NCBI GenBank assembly: GCA_035456525.1
Contig: DATICZ010000224.1
Coordinates: 4,362-68,361 of the forward strand
Reading direction: 5' to 3'
Length of the DNA: 64,000 nt
DNA from: Gemmatimonadales bacterium
GTDB lineage: Bacteria; Gemmatimonadota; Gemmatimonadetes; Gemmatimonadales; GWC2-71-9
Position numbers and translations under genes: made by a program. The notes below the pieces were generated by a model, which made no database searches, was not told the origin of the DNA, and saw only the letters and a list, made by a program, of their open reading frames with translations. Below are positions 16,919 through 28,257 of the stretch, piece by piece; position 1 is the stretch's first letter; each line of letters starts with the position of its first letter.

Positions 16919-17339
16919 GATGACCGTGTGGCGTGGGCGCGGGGCGCCGGTCGCCCGGCGGCTCGACTACCAGCAGCCCCTTCAACATGGACATCCCGCA
17001 CCGGAAGGGAAACTCACCCGCCTCGCCCGGCGTGAATTCGATGGTAGTGGTCTGGAAGGGCGGGAGCAGGCGGTCGATGCCGAAGTGCTCGAATACCACC
17101 CGCTCAGAGCAGTCGGCCGTCTCGTCACGATAGAACTGCAACCGTACGGGCTTCCCAGCCTGCACGAGAATCGTGTCCGGAGTGTACCCGCCTTTCACCG
17201 TGACGGCGATCTCCTGGACCGCTCCTCCCCGCTCCCCCGCGGGACGGACGGCGGAGGAGCGGGAGAAGAGGAAATACCACAACACCCAGACGATGGCGGC
17301 GACCCCGAACGTGGTGACGACGAGCTGCGCCGCGGTCAT
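16911..17339 (-). CDS. Cupredoxin-like domain protein (copA-associated)
   Basis: N-terminal TM helix followed by a cupredoxin_1-type domain with DCSERVVF...FPFRCGMSM. It overlaps the copA start by 8 nt. Confidence 0.7.
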   Translation of the reverse strand: MTAAQLVVTTFGVAAIVWVLWYFLFSRSSAVRPAGERGGAVQEIAVTVKGGYTPDTILVQAGKPVRLQFYRDETADCSERVVFEHFGIDRLLPPFQTTTIEFTPGEAGEFPFRCGMSMLKGLLVVEPPGDRRPAPTPHGHHG

Positions 17340-17346
17340 CTCCGCC

Positions 17347-19824
<2,478 letters not shown>

Positions 19825-19853
19825 CAGAGAAACTCTCCGCGAGTCGAGGGTGG

Positions 19854-21185
19854 TTACTTCTCTCCGTACTCGTAGTATTCGACGCCCAGGTGGGTGATCT
19901 GGGATTCGCCCATCAGCCACCGCAGCGTGTTCTTCAGTTTGGTATGCTGGATGAAGAGATCGTGCTCCGGGTACAGGCCGGGCGCGGTCTGGGGGCTCTT
20001 GAAGTAGAACGAGAGCCACTCCTGCACGCCCGAGAGGCCGGACCGCTGGGCGAGGTCGAAGAACAGCGCCAGGTCGAGCACGATCGGCGCCGCGAGAATC
20101 GAGTCGCGGCACAGGAAGTCCACCTTGATCTGCATCGGGTAGCCGAGCCACCCGAAGATGTCGATGTTGTCCCACCCTTCTTTGTTGTCCCCGCGGGGCG
20201 GATAGTAGTTGATCCGCACCTTGTGGAACACGTTCCCGTACAGCTCGGGATACGCGTCGGGCTGGAGGATGTACTCCAGCACGCCAAGCTTCGACTCCTC
20301 CTTGGTCTTGAACGACTCGGGATCGTCCAGCACCTCGCCGTCCCGGTTACCCAGGATGTTGGTCGAGTACCAACCGGCCAGACCGAGCATCCGCGCCTTG
20401 AAGGCCGGGGCGAGGACGGTCTTCATCATCGTCTGCCCGGTCTTGAAGTCCTTGCCGCCGATCGGCACGCGCCGCGCTTCGGCGAGACTGACGATAGCCG
20501 GGATGTCCACGGTCAGATTCGGCGCGCCGTTCGCGAAGGGCACGCCCTCCATCAGCGCTGCCCAGGCATACAGCATCGACGGGGCGATGGCGGGATCGTT
20601 CTGCTCCATCGCCTGCTCGAACGCGGCCAGCGTCTGATGCGCCGGCCCCGGCGTGAGAAATATCTCAGTCGACGCGCACCACACGAGTACCAGACGGTCG
20701 CAGCCCGCGCGCTGTTTGAACGCGCGGATGTCCTCGCGCAGCGCCTCGGCGAGCTCGCGCTTGGTCTTGCCGCGCTTGACGTTCGTGCCCTGGAGGCGTT
20801 TGACGTAATTCTGGTCGAACACGGCCGGCATCGGCTTGACGCCCTTCAAGAAATCGGAGATCGGCTCGAGATGCCGGGGATCGAGTACGCCCGCTTTCTT
20901 CGCCGCGGTGTAGGCATCGTCGGGAATCGGGTCCCAGGCGGCGAAGACCAGGTCCTTCAGATCGGCCAGCGGCACGAACTCCCGGATCTTCGGCGCGCGG
21001 CGATCGGTCCGCTTGCCGAGCCGGATCGTCCCCATCTGGGTGAGCGATCCGATCGGCAGCCCCAGACCGCGGCGCACCGTTTCCACACCCGCGATGAACG
21101 TGGTGGCGACCGCCCCCAGCCCCACCAGCAGGACACCCAGCTTTCCCTGCGCCGGAGCGATCTCCCGGCGAGCCTGTGACGGCAC
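19854..21185 (-). CDS. ino1: myo-Inositol-1-phosphate synthase
   Basis: The C-terminal 443 codons of composite track ORF 19854..23141 (GKLGVLLVGLGAVATTF, GWYSTNILGNRDG, INYYPPRGDNKEGWDNIDI). GTG start at 21183-21185 with AAGGAA 7 nt upstream. Confidence 0.85.
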   Translation of the reverse strand: MPSQARREIAPAQGKLGVLLVGLGAVATTFIAGVETVRRGLGLPIGSLTQMGTIRLGKRTDRRAPKIREFVPLADLKDLVFAAWDPIPDDAYTAAKKAGVLDPRHLEPISDFLKGVKPMPAVFDQNYVKRLQGTNVKRGKTKRELAEALREDIRAFKQRAGCDRLVLVWCASTEIFLTPGPAHQTLAAFEQAMEQNDPAIAPSMLYAWAALMEGVPFANGAPNLTVDIPAIVSLAEARRVPIGGKDFKTGQTMMKTVLAPAFKARMLGLAGWYSTNILGNRDGEVLDDPESFKTKEESKLGVLEYILQPDAYPELYGNVFHKVRINYYPPRGDNKEGWDNIDIFGWLGYPMQIKVDFLCRDSILAAPIVLDLALFFDLAQRSGLSGVQEWLSFYFKSPQTAPGLYPEHDLFIQHTKLKNTLRWLMGESQITHLGVEYYEYGEK

Positions 21186-21187
21186 GA

Positions 21188-21877
21188 TCAGTTTCCTTTC
21201 CGAAGTGACGCGTGCCCGGGCTGCGTGTCCCGGCGCCGCGACGCGCGCGCCGTCCGGCTCCCCGCCGTGACGCCGGCCACGTGCACGATCCGCTGCACCA
21301 CGGTAGTCGCCGTGGCGAGCGCGAGAACGGCCATGATCCACAGCAGCAGGCGGCCACCCGGCCCGGCGCCGAAGAACAGCGTAGGCGCGCCGAGCACGAG
21401 AATCCGCTCCGCCCGCGCGGCGATCCCCACTTTGCACTCGATGCCGAGGCCTTCCGCACGCGCGCGGGTGTAGGACACCAGCAGTGAGGACGACAGGGCC
21501 GCGAACGCGAGCATGACGCCCAGCGTCACCTGCGCCGCCGGCAGCCCGCCGCGCAAGAAGTGGAGCGCGATACCGGCGAACAACGCCGCTTCGCCGACGC
21601 GGTCCAGCGAGCTGTCGTAGAAGGCTCCGAACGTGGAGCTCTGGCCCCCCTGCCGCGCCACCTGCCCGTCCAGAATGTCGAACAGGCCGGAGAGCAAGAT
21701 CAGCAAGCCCCCCAGTCGGACGGCGCTCATCCCGTAGGCCACTGCCGAGCCGATCACGACCAACGCCCCGATTGTCGTGATGGTGTTGGGCCGCACGTGC
21801 CCGCGCACCAGGGCTCGCACCATCGGCCCGGTCAGGCGCACGAAGCCGTCCTTCACGGCTTGCGGGATCACGTTCAT
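21188..21877 (-). CDS. CDP-alcohol phosphatidyltransferase (phosphatidylinositol-phosphate-synthase-like)
   Basis: DILDGQVARQGGQSSTFGAFYDSSLDRVGE matches DGx2ARx8Gx3Dx3D. There is a 2-nt gap to ino1. Confidence 0.85.
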   Translation of the reverse strand: MNVIPQAVKDGFVRLTGPMVRALVRGHVRPNTITTIGALVVIGSAVAYGMSAVRLGGLLILLSGLFDILDGQVARQGGQSSTFGAFYDSSLDRVGEAALFAGIALHFLRGGLPAAQVTLGVMLAFAALSSSLLVSYTRARAEGLGIECKVGIAARAERILVLGAPTLFFGAGPGGRLLLWIMAVLALATATTVVQRIVHVAGVTAGSRTARASRRRDTQPGHASLRKGN

Positions 21878-21925
21878 AGCCGGGTGAAAGTAACAGCCCC
21901 CGGACCACCCGCAAAGGGCAAAACG

Positions 21926-23158
21926 CTAGTAGAGCAAGTACTTGAGGCGCGTTTCCTGAAACTGCGCGAGCGGCGCCGACCAGGCGTCCCAGATGTCCGC
22001 CGGCGAGCGGCCGGCGCTCAGGGCGACACGCAGCGCGGGTCCCGCCGCGAGGCGGTCGAAACTCGCGGGCCGGAACTGGAAGCTGTCCGGATACAACGCC
22101 ACGAGGCCGGCGAGCAGCGCCACCGCGAGGCGCGTGGGGTCGTAGCGCGCGCGATCGGTGACGCGGAATCGCAGCCCGCGCACCGTCACGCCGCCATACT
22201 TCCCGTCGGTCGGCGTGTGCGGTGTGAACTCCGTCGCGACGACTTCCACGCCCGCCAGGACGGACGGCTCCGTGTTCCCTGCTCCCTGGAGGAGGTGGAG
22301 GAGCCGGGGAGGGTCGAGCCACGGCGCCCCGATCACCTGGAACGCCACCGGGGTCCCCCGACCCACCGAGAGGTTGGTGCCCTCGAACAGACACGTGCCC
22401 GGATAGTGAAAGGCACTCTCGAGATCGGGCATGTTGGGTGAGGGACGGATCCACGGCAGCCCCGTGCCATCGTAGGCCATGTCGCGGTGCCATCCCGCGG
22501 CCGGGACCACCACGAGGTCGGCGCGCAACGCGAGCACGTCGTTGGCGAGCCGCAACAGCTCGCCGAGCGTCAGTCCATGCCGCATCGGCACCGGGAGGAA
22601 ACCGACCAGCTGACTGTCGGGGTCTCCCACCGCCGCGCGGACGTCGCCCCCCACCAGCGTCCCACCGATGGGGTCGGGGCGATCGAGCACCACGACGGCC
22701 TTGCCGCGGGCCGCGGCCTCGCGCATCAGGCTGGTCGCCGTGGCCGGATAGGTGTAGTACCGGGCGCCGATGTCCTGGAGATCGATGAGCAGCACGTCGA
22801 TCGAATCGAGGGCCGCCCGTGCGGCGGCGCGCGAGCCTCCATACAGGCTGTAGATTGGGAGACCGGTCGAGGAATCCACGGCGTCCGGCAGACCGGGACG
22901 ATCTTCCTGGCCCCGGAAGCCGTGCTCGGGGCTGAACAGCGCCACCAGCTGCAGACCGGCGGCGCGCAGGGCGTCGGCGTCTCGCCGGCCGGAGCGATCG
23001 ACGCCGGTCTGGTTCGAGAGCAGGCCGAGGCGTCGCCCCCGGACGAGGTGGATGGAATCGGTCATCAGCACCTCGATGCCCGGCCGCACCCGCGCAGCGG
23101 GGGACGGTGGACCGCTGCAGGCGACTATCCCCAACACCCAAAGGCTATGCGCTCGCAT
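21926..23158 (-). CDS. DUF1343 family lipoprotein (YbbC/NamZ-like exo-muramidase)
   Basis: MRAHSLWVLGIVAC lipobox. Motifs LLSNQTGVD, LFSPEHGFRG, IDLQDIGARYYTY and VLDRPDP. It is the C-terminal part of track ORF 21926..24457. Confidence 0.8.
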   Translation of the reverse strand: MRAHSLWVLGIVACSGPPSPAARVRPGIEVLMTDSIHLVRGRRLGLLSNQTGVDRSGRRDADALRAAGLQLVALFSPEHGFRGQEDRPGLPDAVDSSTGLPIYSLYGGSRAAARAALDSIDVLLIDLQDIGARYYTYPATATSLMREAAARGKAVVVLDRPDPIGGTLVGGDVRAAVGDPDSQLVGFLPVPMRHGLTLGELLRLANDVLALRADLVVVPAAGWHRDMAYDGTGLPWIRPSPNMPDLESAFHYPGTCLFEGTNLSVGRGTPVAFQVIGAPWLDPPRLLHLLQGAGNTEPSVLAGVEVVATEFTPHTPTDGKYGGVTVRGLRFRVTDRARYDPTRLAVALLAGLVALYPDSFQFRPASFDRLAAGPALRVALSAGRSPADIWDAWSAPLAQFQETRLKYLLY

Positions 23159-24916
23159 CGTTGGATCGTCCTCGCGCTGATCGTGGCGTGCCGCCCCGCC
23201 CCCGCCGGTCCGGGACCGGCGGGGCCGCCCGCGCCGGTCTCTCCCGTGTCGCTGGACAGCGTCCTGGCCAGCCTGTCCGACAGTCAGAAGATCGGCCAGC
23301 TGATCGTCCCCTGGCTCTCCGGCGCTTACACGGCCCTCGACGACTCGTCGTTTCTCGAGGCCGCCCGCTGGGTCGACTCCCTGCACGTAGGCGGGATCAT
23401 CATCTCCGTCGGCCCCCCGCTCGAGATCGCGGCCAAACTGAACGCGCTGCAGACCCGCTCGGCGCTCCCGCTGCTCATCTCGGCCGACCTCGAATGGGGC
23501 GCCGCCATGCGAGTCGTGGGCGCGACGGCCTTTCCCCAGATCATGGCAGCGGGAGCGACCGGCGATCCTAACGACGCGTTCACCATCGGCACGGCCGCCG
23601 CCATCGAGGGCCGGGCCGTTGGCATCCACGTGAATTTCGCCCCTGATGCCGATCTCAACAACAACCCCTCGAACCCGATCATCAACACCCGCTCGTTCGG
23701 CGAGGACCCCCGCGCGGTCAGCCTGCTCGTCACCGCCTACGTGCGCGGCGCGCGCGAGCAGGGGATGCTGGCCACGCTGAAGCACTTCCCCGGCCATGGC
23801 GATACCGAGACCGACTCGCATCTGGGGCTGCCGGTGATCCGAGCGGACTACGCGCGCCTCGATACCGTCGAGCTGGTCCCATTCCGCGCCGGGATCGCCG
23901 CGGGCGCCGATATCGTCATGAGCGCCCACATCGCCTTCCCTTCGCTCACAGGCAGCGAGGACCCGGGGACGCTCTCTCCCGCCGTGCTCACGGGCCTGTT
24001 GCGCGACTCGCTCCACTTCCGCGGCATGGTGGTCACCGACGCGCTCACCATGGGCGCGATCGTCGCGAAGTACGGCGCCGGCGAAGCGGCGGTGCGCGCG
24101 TTCCTCGCCGGCTCCGACCTGCTCCTGATGCCCGCCAGTCCCGATTCGGCCCTGGGCGCGATGCTGGCCGCTGTGGCCTCGGGCCGGGTCTCCCGCGCGC
24201 GCCTCGATAGCTCGGTGCGACGGCTGCTCGAGATCAAGAAGCGCCTGGGGTTGTTCGAGTACCGCACCGTGCCGCTCGACAAGGTGATGCAGACGGTCGG
24301 CACGCGGCGCTGGCAGCGGGCGGCGGAGGACATCGCCGCGCGCGCGCTCACGCTGGTGCGCGATACGGCGGGAACCGTCGCGGCCTTGCGCGCGCGCCGC
24401 ACCCGCCTCGCGCTCGTGACCTACGCCGACGAGGCGACCCCGTCGGTGGCGCTGCACCTGGCCGAGCTGCTCCGGGTGAACGGGGACACGGTGGACTATT
24501 TCCGGCTGTGGCCGATGTCGGGACCGGCGTCGTACGACTCGGCCCGCCAGGTGCTCGCCCGCTCGCCCGTCGCGGTGTTCGCCACGAACGTGAAGCCGAT
24601 CGCCTGGAAGGGCTCCATCGCCCTCCCCGACTCACTCGCCGCGCTCATCACCGCGACCGATTCCCTGAAGCCCACCGCCCTGGTGTCGTTCGGCAGTCCG
24701 TACCTGCTGAATCAGACGCCGACGGTGAAGAGCTATCTCATCGCCTGGAGCGGCGTACGGGTCGCCGAGCGCGCCGCTGCCCGCGCGCTACTCGGCCTGT
24801 CCCCGATTCGCGGCCACCTCCCGATCCGCATTCCCCCGGCGTACCCCGTGGGCTGGGGCATCGTGATGCCGGATTCCTCTCCGCCGCCTCCGGCCTCGCC
24901 GCGGCCGATTCCATGA
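23147..24916 (+). CDS. nagZ: Glycoside hydrolase family 3 beta-N-acetylhexosaminidase, lipoprotein
   Basis: MRSHRWIVLALIVAC lipobox. Motifs KHFPGHGDTETDSH and VVTDALTMGA. It is the C-terminal part of track ORF 22487..24916. Confidence 0.85.
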   Translation: MRSHRWIVLALIVACRPAPAGPGPAGPPAPVSPVSLDSVLASLSDSQKIGQLIVPWLSGAYTALDDSSFLEAARWVDSLHVGGIIISVGPPLEIAAKLNALQTRSALPLLISADLEWGAAMRVVGATAFPQIMAAGATGDPNDAFTIGTAAAIEGRAVGIHVNFAPDADLNNNPSNPIINTRSFGEDPRAVSLLVTAYVRGAREQGMLATLKHFPGHGDTETDSHLGLPVIRADYARLDTVELVPFRAGIAAGADIVMSAHIAFPSLTGSEDPGTLSPAVLTGLLRDSLHFRGMVVTDALTMGAIVAKYGAGEAAVRAFLAGSDLLLMPASPDSALGAMLAAVASGRVSRARLDSSVRRLLEIKKRLGLFEYRTVPLDKVMQTVGTRRWQRAAEDIAARALTLVRDTAGTVAALRARRTRLALVTYADEATPSVALHLAELLRVNGDTVDYFRLWPMSGPASYDSARQVLARSPVAVFATNVKPIAWKGSIALPDSLAALITATDSLKPTALVSFGSPYLLNQTPTVKSYLIAWSGVRVAERAAARALLGLSPIRGHLPIRIPPAYPVGWGIVMPDSSPPPPASPRPIP

Positions 24917-26157
24917 GCAGTCGATGGGTCGCATGCGCGGCGGTGCTGCTCGCCGCCTGCCACTCCCGCGTTCCCGCTTCGATCAGCCCGCCGGTACCGG
25001 TCGCGGCCGCGGCGGAGCTGGGGTTCGACAGCACGCGTCTCGCGGCCGTCGCCGCGTATGTCGCGTCGCAGGTGGACAGCGCGTTTCCGGGCGCCGTGGT
25101 CGCGGTGGGCCGCCACGGGCGCCTGGCGCTGCTCGCCGCGGCCGGTCATTACGGGACGGACGATCCGCGTCCGGTCGACCCGCAGACCATCTACGATCTT
25201 GCATCCCTCACCAAGGTCATCGGACTGACGACGGCCTGCATGACGCTGGTCGCGGAAGGACGGCTCGATCTCGATGCGCCGGTGCGGGCATACGTTCCGG
25301 AATTCCGCGGACCGGACAAGGAACGGGTCACGATCCGCCACCTGCTGACCCACGCGTCGGGACTGCCGGCGTGGCGGCCGTTGTTTCGTGAAGCGCGGGA
25401 CCGCCGGACAGCGCTCGCGCTGGTGGACACGACGCCGCTCGACTCCGTACCGGGCTCCCATTTTGTCTACTCGGACCTCGGGGCCATCCTGCTGATGCAG
25501 GTCGTGGAACGGATCACGGGGGAGCGGATCGACCACTACCTCACCCGGCGCGTCTTCGAGCCGCTCGGCATGACGTCTACCCGGTACCTCCCGCCCGGGA
25601 GCTGGCGCGATCGGCTCGCCCCGACCGAAATCGACACCGCGTTCCGCCACCGGCTGATTCGCGGCGAGGTGCACGACGAAAATGCGGGACGCATGGGCGG
25701 GGTGTCGGGACACGCGGGGCTGTTCAGCACGGCGCCGGACCTGGCGCGGTTCGCGGCTTGGCTCCTAGACACTTACGGCAGAGAGCAGGGAGCACGGAGC
25801 AGTTCGCTCACTGCATCGGACACACACCCTGCTCCGTGCTCCGCGCTCTGCGTTTCGTCCGACGTCGTCGTTCAGTTCACGCGCCGCCAGGGCATCCCTC
25901 CCGGCTCCACCCGTGCCCTGGGCTGGGACACGCCGTCGGATTCGGGCTATTCGAGCGCCGGGAAGAAGTTGTCGAGGGCGTCGTTCGGGCACACGGGCTT
26001 CACCGGCACCTCGATCTGGATGGACCCCGAGCGCGACCTGTTTGTCATTCTGCTCACCAATCGCGTGAACCCGACCCGCGCGAACACGAAGATCCTGCAA
26101 GTGCGCGCCACAGTGGCTGACCTCGTGGCCGACGCGCTGCTCCCGCTCAGGCCATAG
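24913..26157 (+). CDS. Serine hydrolase (class C beta-lactamase / AmpH-like), lipoprotein
   Basis: SLTK (SxxK), YSDLG and HTGFTGTS motifs. The ATG overlaps the nagZ stop (ATGA). Signal sequence with LLAAC. Confidence 0.85.
   Translation: MSSRWVACAAVLLAACHSRVPASISPPVPVAAAAELGFDSTRLAAVAAYVASQVDSAFPGAVVAVGRHGRLALLAAAGHYGTDDPRPVDPQTIYDLASLTKVIGLTTACMTLVAEGRLDLDAPVRAYVPEFRGPDKERVTIRHLLTHASGLPAWRPLFREARDRRTALALVDTTPLDSVPGSHFVYSDLGAILLMQVVERITGERIDHYLTRRVFEPLGMTSTRYLPPGSWRDRLAPTEIDTAFRHRLIRGEVHDENAGRMGGVSGHAGLFSTAPDLARFAAWLLDTYGREQGARSSSLTASDTHPAPCSALCVSSDVVVQFTRRQGIPPGSTRALGWDTPSDSGYSSAGKKLSRASFGHTGFTGTSIWMDPERDLFVILLTNRVNPTRANTKILQVRATVADLVADALLPLRP
25789..25842. repeat. Perfect 14-bp inverted repeat (GGAGCACGGAGCAG / CTGCTCCGTGCTCC, 26-nt spacer) inside the serine hydrolase CDS
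   Basis: Arms at 25789-25802 and 25829-25842, verified base by base. It coincides with the low-complexity segment GREQGARSSSLTASDTHPAPCSALCVSS. Confidence 0.8.
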
Positions 26158-26161
26158 CCGG

Positions 26162-26221
26162 CCTCGTCCGTCGTTGTCCGCCCTTGTCCACCCTCATCCG
26201 CCCTTGTCCGCCTTCGTCCGC
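26162..26221. repeat. Six tandem copies of a degenerate 10-mer (consensus CCTTGTCCGC)
   Basis: cctcgtccgt cgttgtccgc ccttgtccac cctcatccgc ccttgtccgc cttcgtccgc, immediately after the hydrolase stop. Non-coding. Confidence 0.85.
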
Positions 26222-26280
26222 CCGCCCTCTTTCGCGCTCTTCCGCCCCTATTTAGGTTATTGCCTGACGGAGGAAATGAC

Positions 26281-26640
26281 ATGACCACGACCCAGAAGCC
26301 CGAGTCCATTACCCTCACCCTCACCGAGCGCGCCGCGGTCGAGGTCCGGAAGTTCATGGCCGACGAAAAGGTGGACCCGGCGATCGCGGGTCTGCGCGTC
26401 GGCGTGATGCCGGGCGGGTGCTCGGGATTCAAGTACCAGTTGAACATCGAGGACAAGGCCGCCGACGACGATCTGACGATCGAATCGAGCGGTGTGCGCC
26501 TGTTCGTGGACGCCTTCAGCGCCACCTACCTGAACGGCGTGACCATCGACTACAAGAGCAACTTCCAGGAATCCGGCTTCGCGTTCGACAACCCGAACGC
26601 CACCGGCGGCTGCGGCTGCGGATCGTCGTTCACGGTCTAG
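26281..26640 (+). CDS. Iron-sulfur cluster insertion protein (IscA/ErpA/HesB family)
   Basis: PGGCSGF and the C-terminal GGCGCGSSF cysteine triad. GGAGGA lies 7 nt upstream of ATG 26281. Confidence 0.85.
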   Translation: MTTTQKPESITLTLTERAAVEVRKFMADEKVDPAIAGLRVGVMPGGCSGFKYQLNIEDKAADDDLTIESSGVRLFVDAFSATYLNGVTIDYKSNFQESGFAFDNPNATGGCGCGSSFTV

Positions 26641-26667
26641 CCCCGCTCCCGTTTTCCACCGTAGCTT

Positions 26668-26704
26668 CCGAGGCCCGCCTACCCGCGGGCCTCGGTTCGT
26701 TTTC
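26668..26704 (+). terminator. Rho-independent terminator after the IscA/ErpA gene
   Basis: Perfect 11-bp stem CCGAGGCCCGC / GCGGGCCTCGG (26668-26678 and 26685-26695), a 6-nt loop, then TTCGTTTTC. Confidence 0.75.
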
Positions 26705-26720
26705 CACCCGGGAGGCGCGC

Positions 26721-28247
26721 GTGCGACCGCTCGACATCGCCGTCATCGTAGCCTACTGCGTCGCGGTCGCTGCCGTCGGCGTCCTGCTCGCCGGCCGCCA
26801 GCGCGACAGCACCGACTACTTCCTCGGCCGTCACGGTCTCCCCTGGTGGGCGATCCTCCTCTCGATCGTCGCCACCGAGACCTCGGCCCTGACCGTGATC
26901 TCCGTTCCGGGCCTCGCCGCCACGGGCAACCTCACCTTCATCCAGCTGGCGTTCGGCTACCTCGTCGGCCGGATCGGCGTCGCCGCCATTCTCCTCCCGG
27001 GATACTTCGAAGGCACCCAGGACACGGCCTACCAGCGGCTCGAGCGCCGGTTCGGACCCCATGCGCGCCGTGCGGCGTCCGGGGTGTTCCTGGTCACGCG
27101 CGCGCTCGCCGACGCCGTGCGCGTGTTCGCCACGGCGATCCCGCTGGCGATTATCACCCACTGGAGCATCCCCGCCGGCATCCTGGCGACGGGGGTCATC
27201 ACCCTGGCGTACACCTGGTTCGGCGGGATCCGGGCCGTCGTCTGGACCGACATCCTGCAGCTTGGCGTCTACATCCTGGGCGGCGTCGCCACCCTGATCG
27301 TGGCGCTGGGCCGCGTCGGCGGCGTGAGCGCGTTCGGCACCGCCTACGAACACTTCAAGCTGGTGTTCCTCGACTTCAGCTTCGATTTCACCCACACCTA
27401 CACGCTGTGGAGTGGACTCATCGGCGGCGCGCTGCTCTCGGCCGCCTCGCACGGCACCGATCACCTGATCGTGCAGCGCCTCCTCGCCGCACGCGGACTC
27501 CGCGACGCCCGCAAGGCGCTCATCGGCTCCGGGGTGTTCATCATCTTCCTGTTCGCCCTGTTCCTGATCGTGGGCACCAGCCTCTGGCTCGCGGGCGCGG
27601 CCCACCCGGGCGTGCCGGGAGACCAGGTCTACCCGGGCTTCATCGCCACGCAGCTCCCAGCTGGGCTTGCCGGTCTGGTCGTGGCCGGCCTGCTGGCCGC
27701 GGCGATGGGCACGCACGCATCGGCGATCAACTCGCTGGCCTCCGCCTCCACCAACGACTTCTACGCGCCCCTGACAGGCGTGCGCGACCCCGCCCGGCTG
27801 CTCAAGGTGGGTCGTGCCATGACGCTCGTGTGGGCCGTGGTCCTGGTGGCCGGGGCGATGCTCTTCCCCGATCGCCGGACGCCGGTGGTCGAGCTGGCGT
27901 TACAGGTCGCCTCGCTCACCTACGGCGCGCTGCTCGGCACCTACCTGCTGGGAGGGTTCTGGCCCAGGGCGCGCGAGCGCGACGTGATCGTTGCGATGGT
28001 CGTGGGGGTGATCGTGATGGTGCCGGTGATCTTCGCGGCCCGGTTGGCGGGCGTGCTGCACAATCCTGGTTGGCTGGTCTCGCTCAGCCATCTCGCCTGG
28101 CCCTGGGACGTCCCGCTCGGGACGGTCGTTACTGTCGTGGTAGGAATGGCATCTTCATTCATCGGCAGGCCGACAGCCGATACCACGGCACCTCAGGCGG
28201 GGGGCAAGGCGACCGACGATGCTGCGACGGACACCCCCGCTCCATGA
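26721..28247 (+). CDS. Sodium:solute symporter (SSF) family transporter
   Basis: About 13 hydrophobic segments (WWAILLSIVATETSALTVISVPG, GGIRAVVWTDILQ). GTG start with GGGAGG 6 nt upstream. It is the C-terminal part of track ORF 26418..28247. Confidence 0.8.
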   Translation: MRPLDIAVIVAYCVAVAAVGVLLAGRQRDSTDYFLGRHGLPWWAILLSIVATETSALTVISVPGLAATGNLTFIQLAFGYLVGRIGVAAILLPGYFEGTQDTAYQRLERRFGPHARRAASGVFLVTRALADAVRVFATAIPLAIITHWSIPAGILATGVITLAYTWFGGIRAVVWTDILQLGVYILGGVATLIVALGRVGGVSAFGTAYEHFKLVFLDFSFDFTHTYTLWSGLIGGALLSAASHGTDHLIVQRLLAARGLRDARKALIGSGVFIIFLFALFLIVGTSLWLAGAAHPGVPGDQVYPGFIATQLPAGLAGLVVAGLLAAAMGTHASAINSLASASTNDFYAPLTGVRDPARLLKVGRAMTLVWAVVLVAGAMLFPDRRTPVVELALQVASLTYGALLGTYLLGGFWPRARERDVIVAMVVGVIVMVPVIFAARLAGVLHNPGWLVSLSHLAWPWDVPLGTVVTVVVGMASSFIGRPTADTTAPQAGGKATDDAATDTPAP

Positions 28248-28257
28248 CTACCGCTTC

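Noticed and set aside
14936-17035. Very long ORFs antisense to well-supported genes. Examples: 14936..17035 (+, 699 aa), 1539..2975, 2767..4350, 18520..19875, 42036..43853, 50382..52625 and 58702..60969.
   Set aside because: These are GC-shadow ORFs. Their translations are Arg/Gly/Pro/His/Asp-rich low complexity with no motifs. The opposite strand encodes proteins with clear family signatures (CopA, HppA, CcoI, ABC permease and others).
19854-23141. Track ORFs that read as single giant proteins. Examples: 19854..23141 (1095 aa), 21926..24457, 47383..49491, 52262..54487 and 39074..40465.
   Set aside because: Only the C-terminal portions have family signatures. The upstream parts overlap other well-supported genes in other frames and are Arg/Pro-rich. 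Internal starts with SD motifs or stop-start overlaps give normal-length proteins.
26162-26221. The 10-mer tandem repeat as a possible CRISPR array.
   Set aside because: The period is only 10 bp with no spacers, there are no cas genes in the window, and the repeat units are degenerate.
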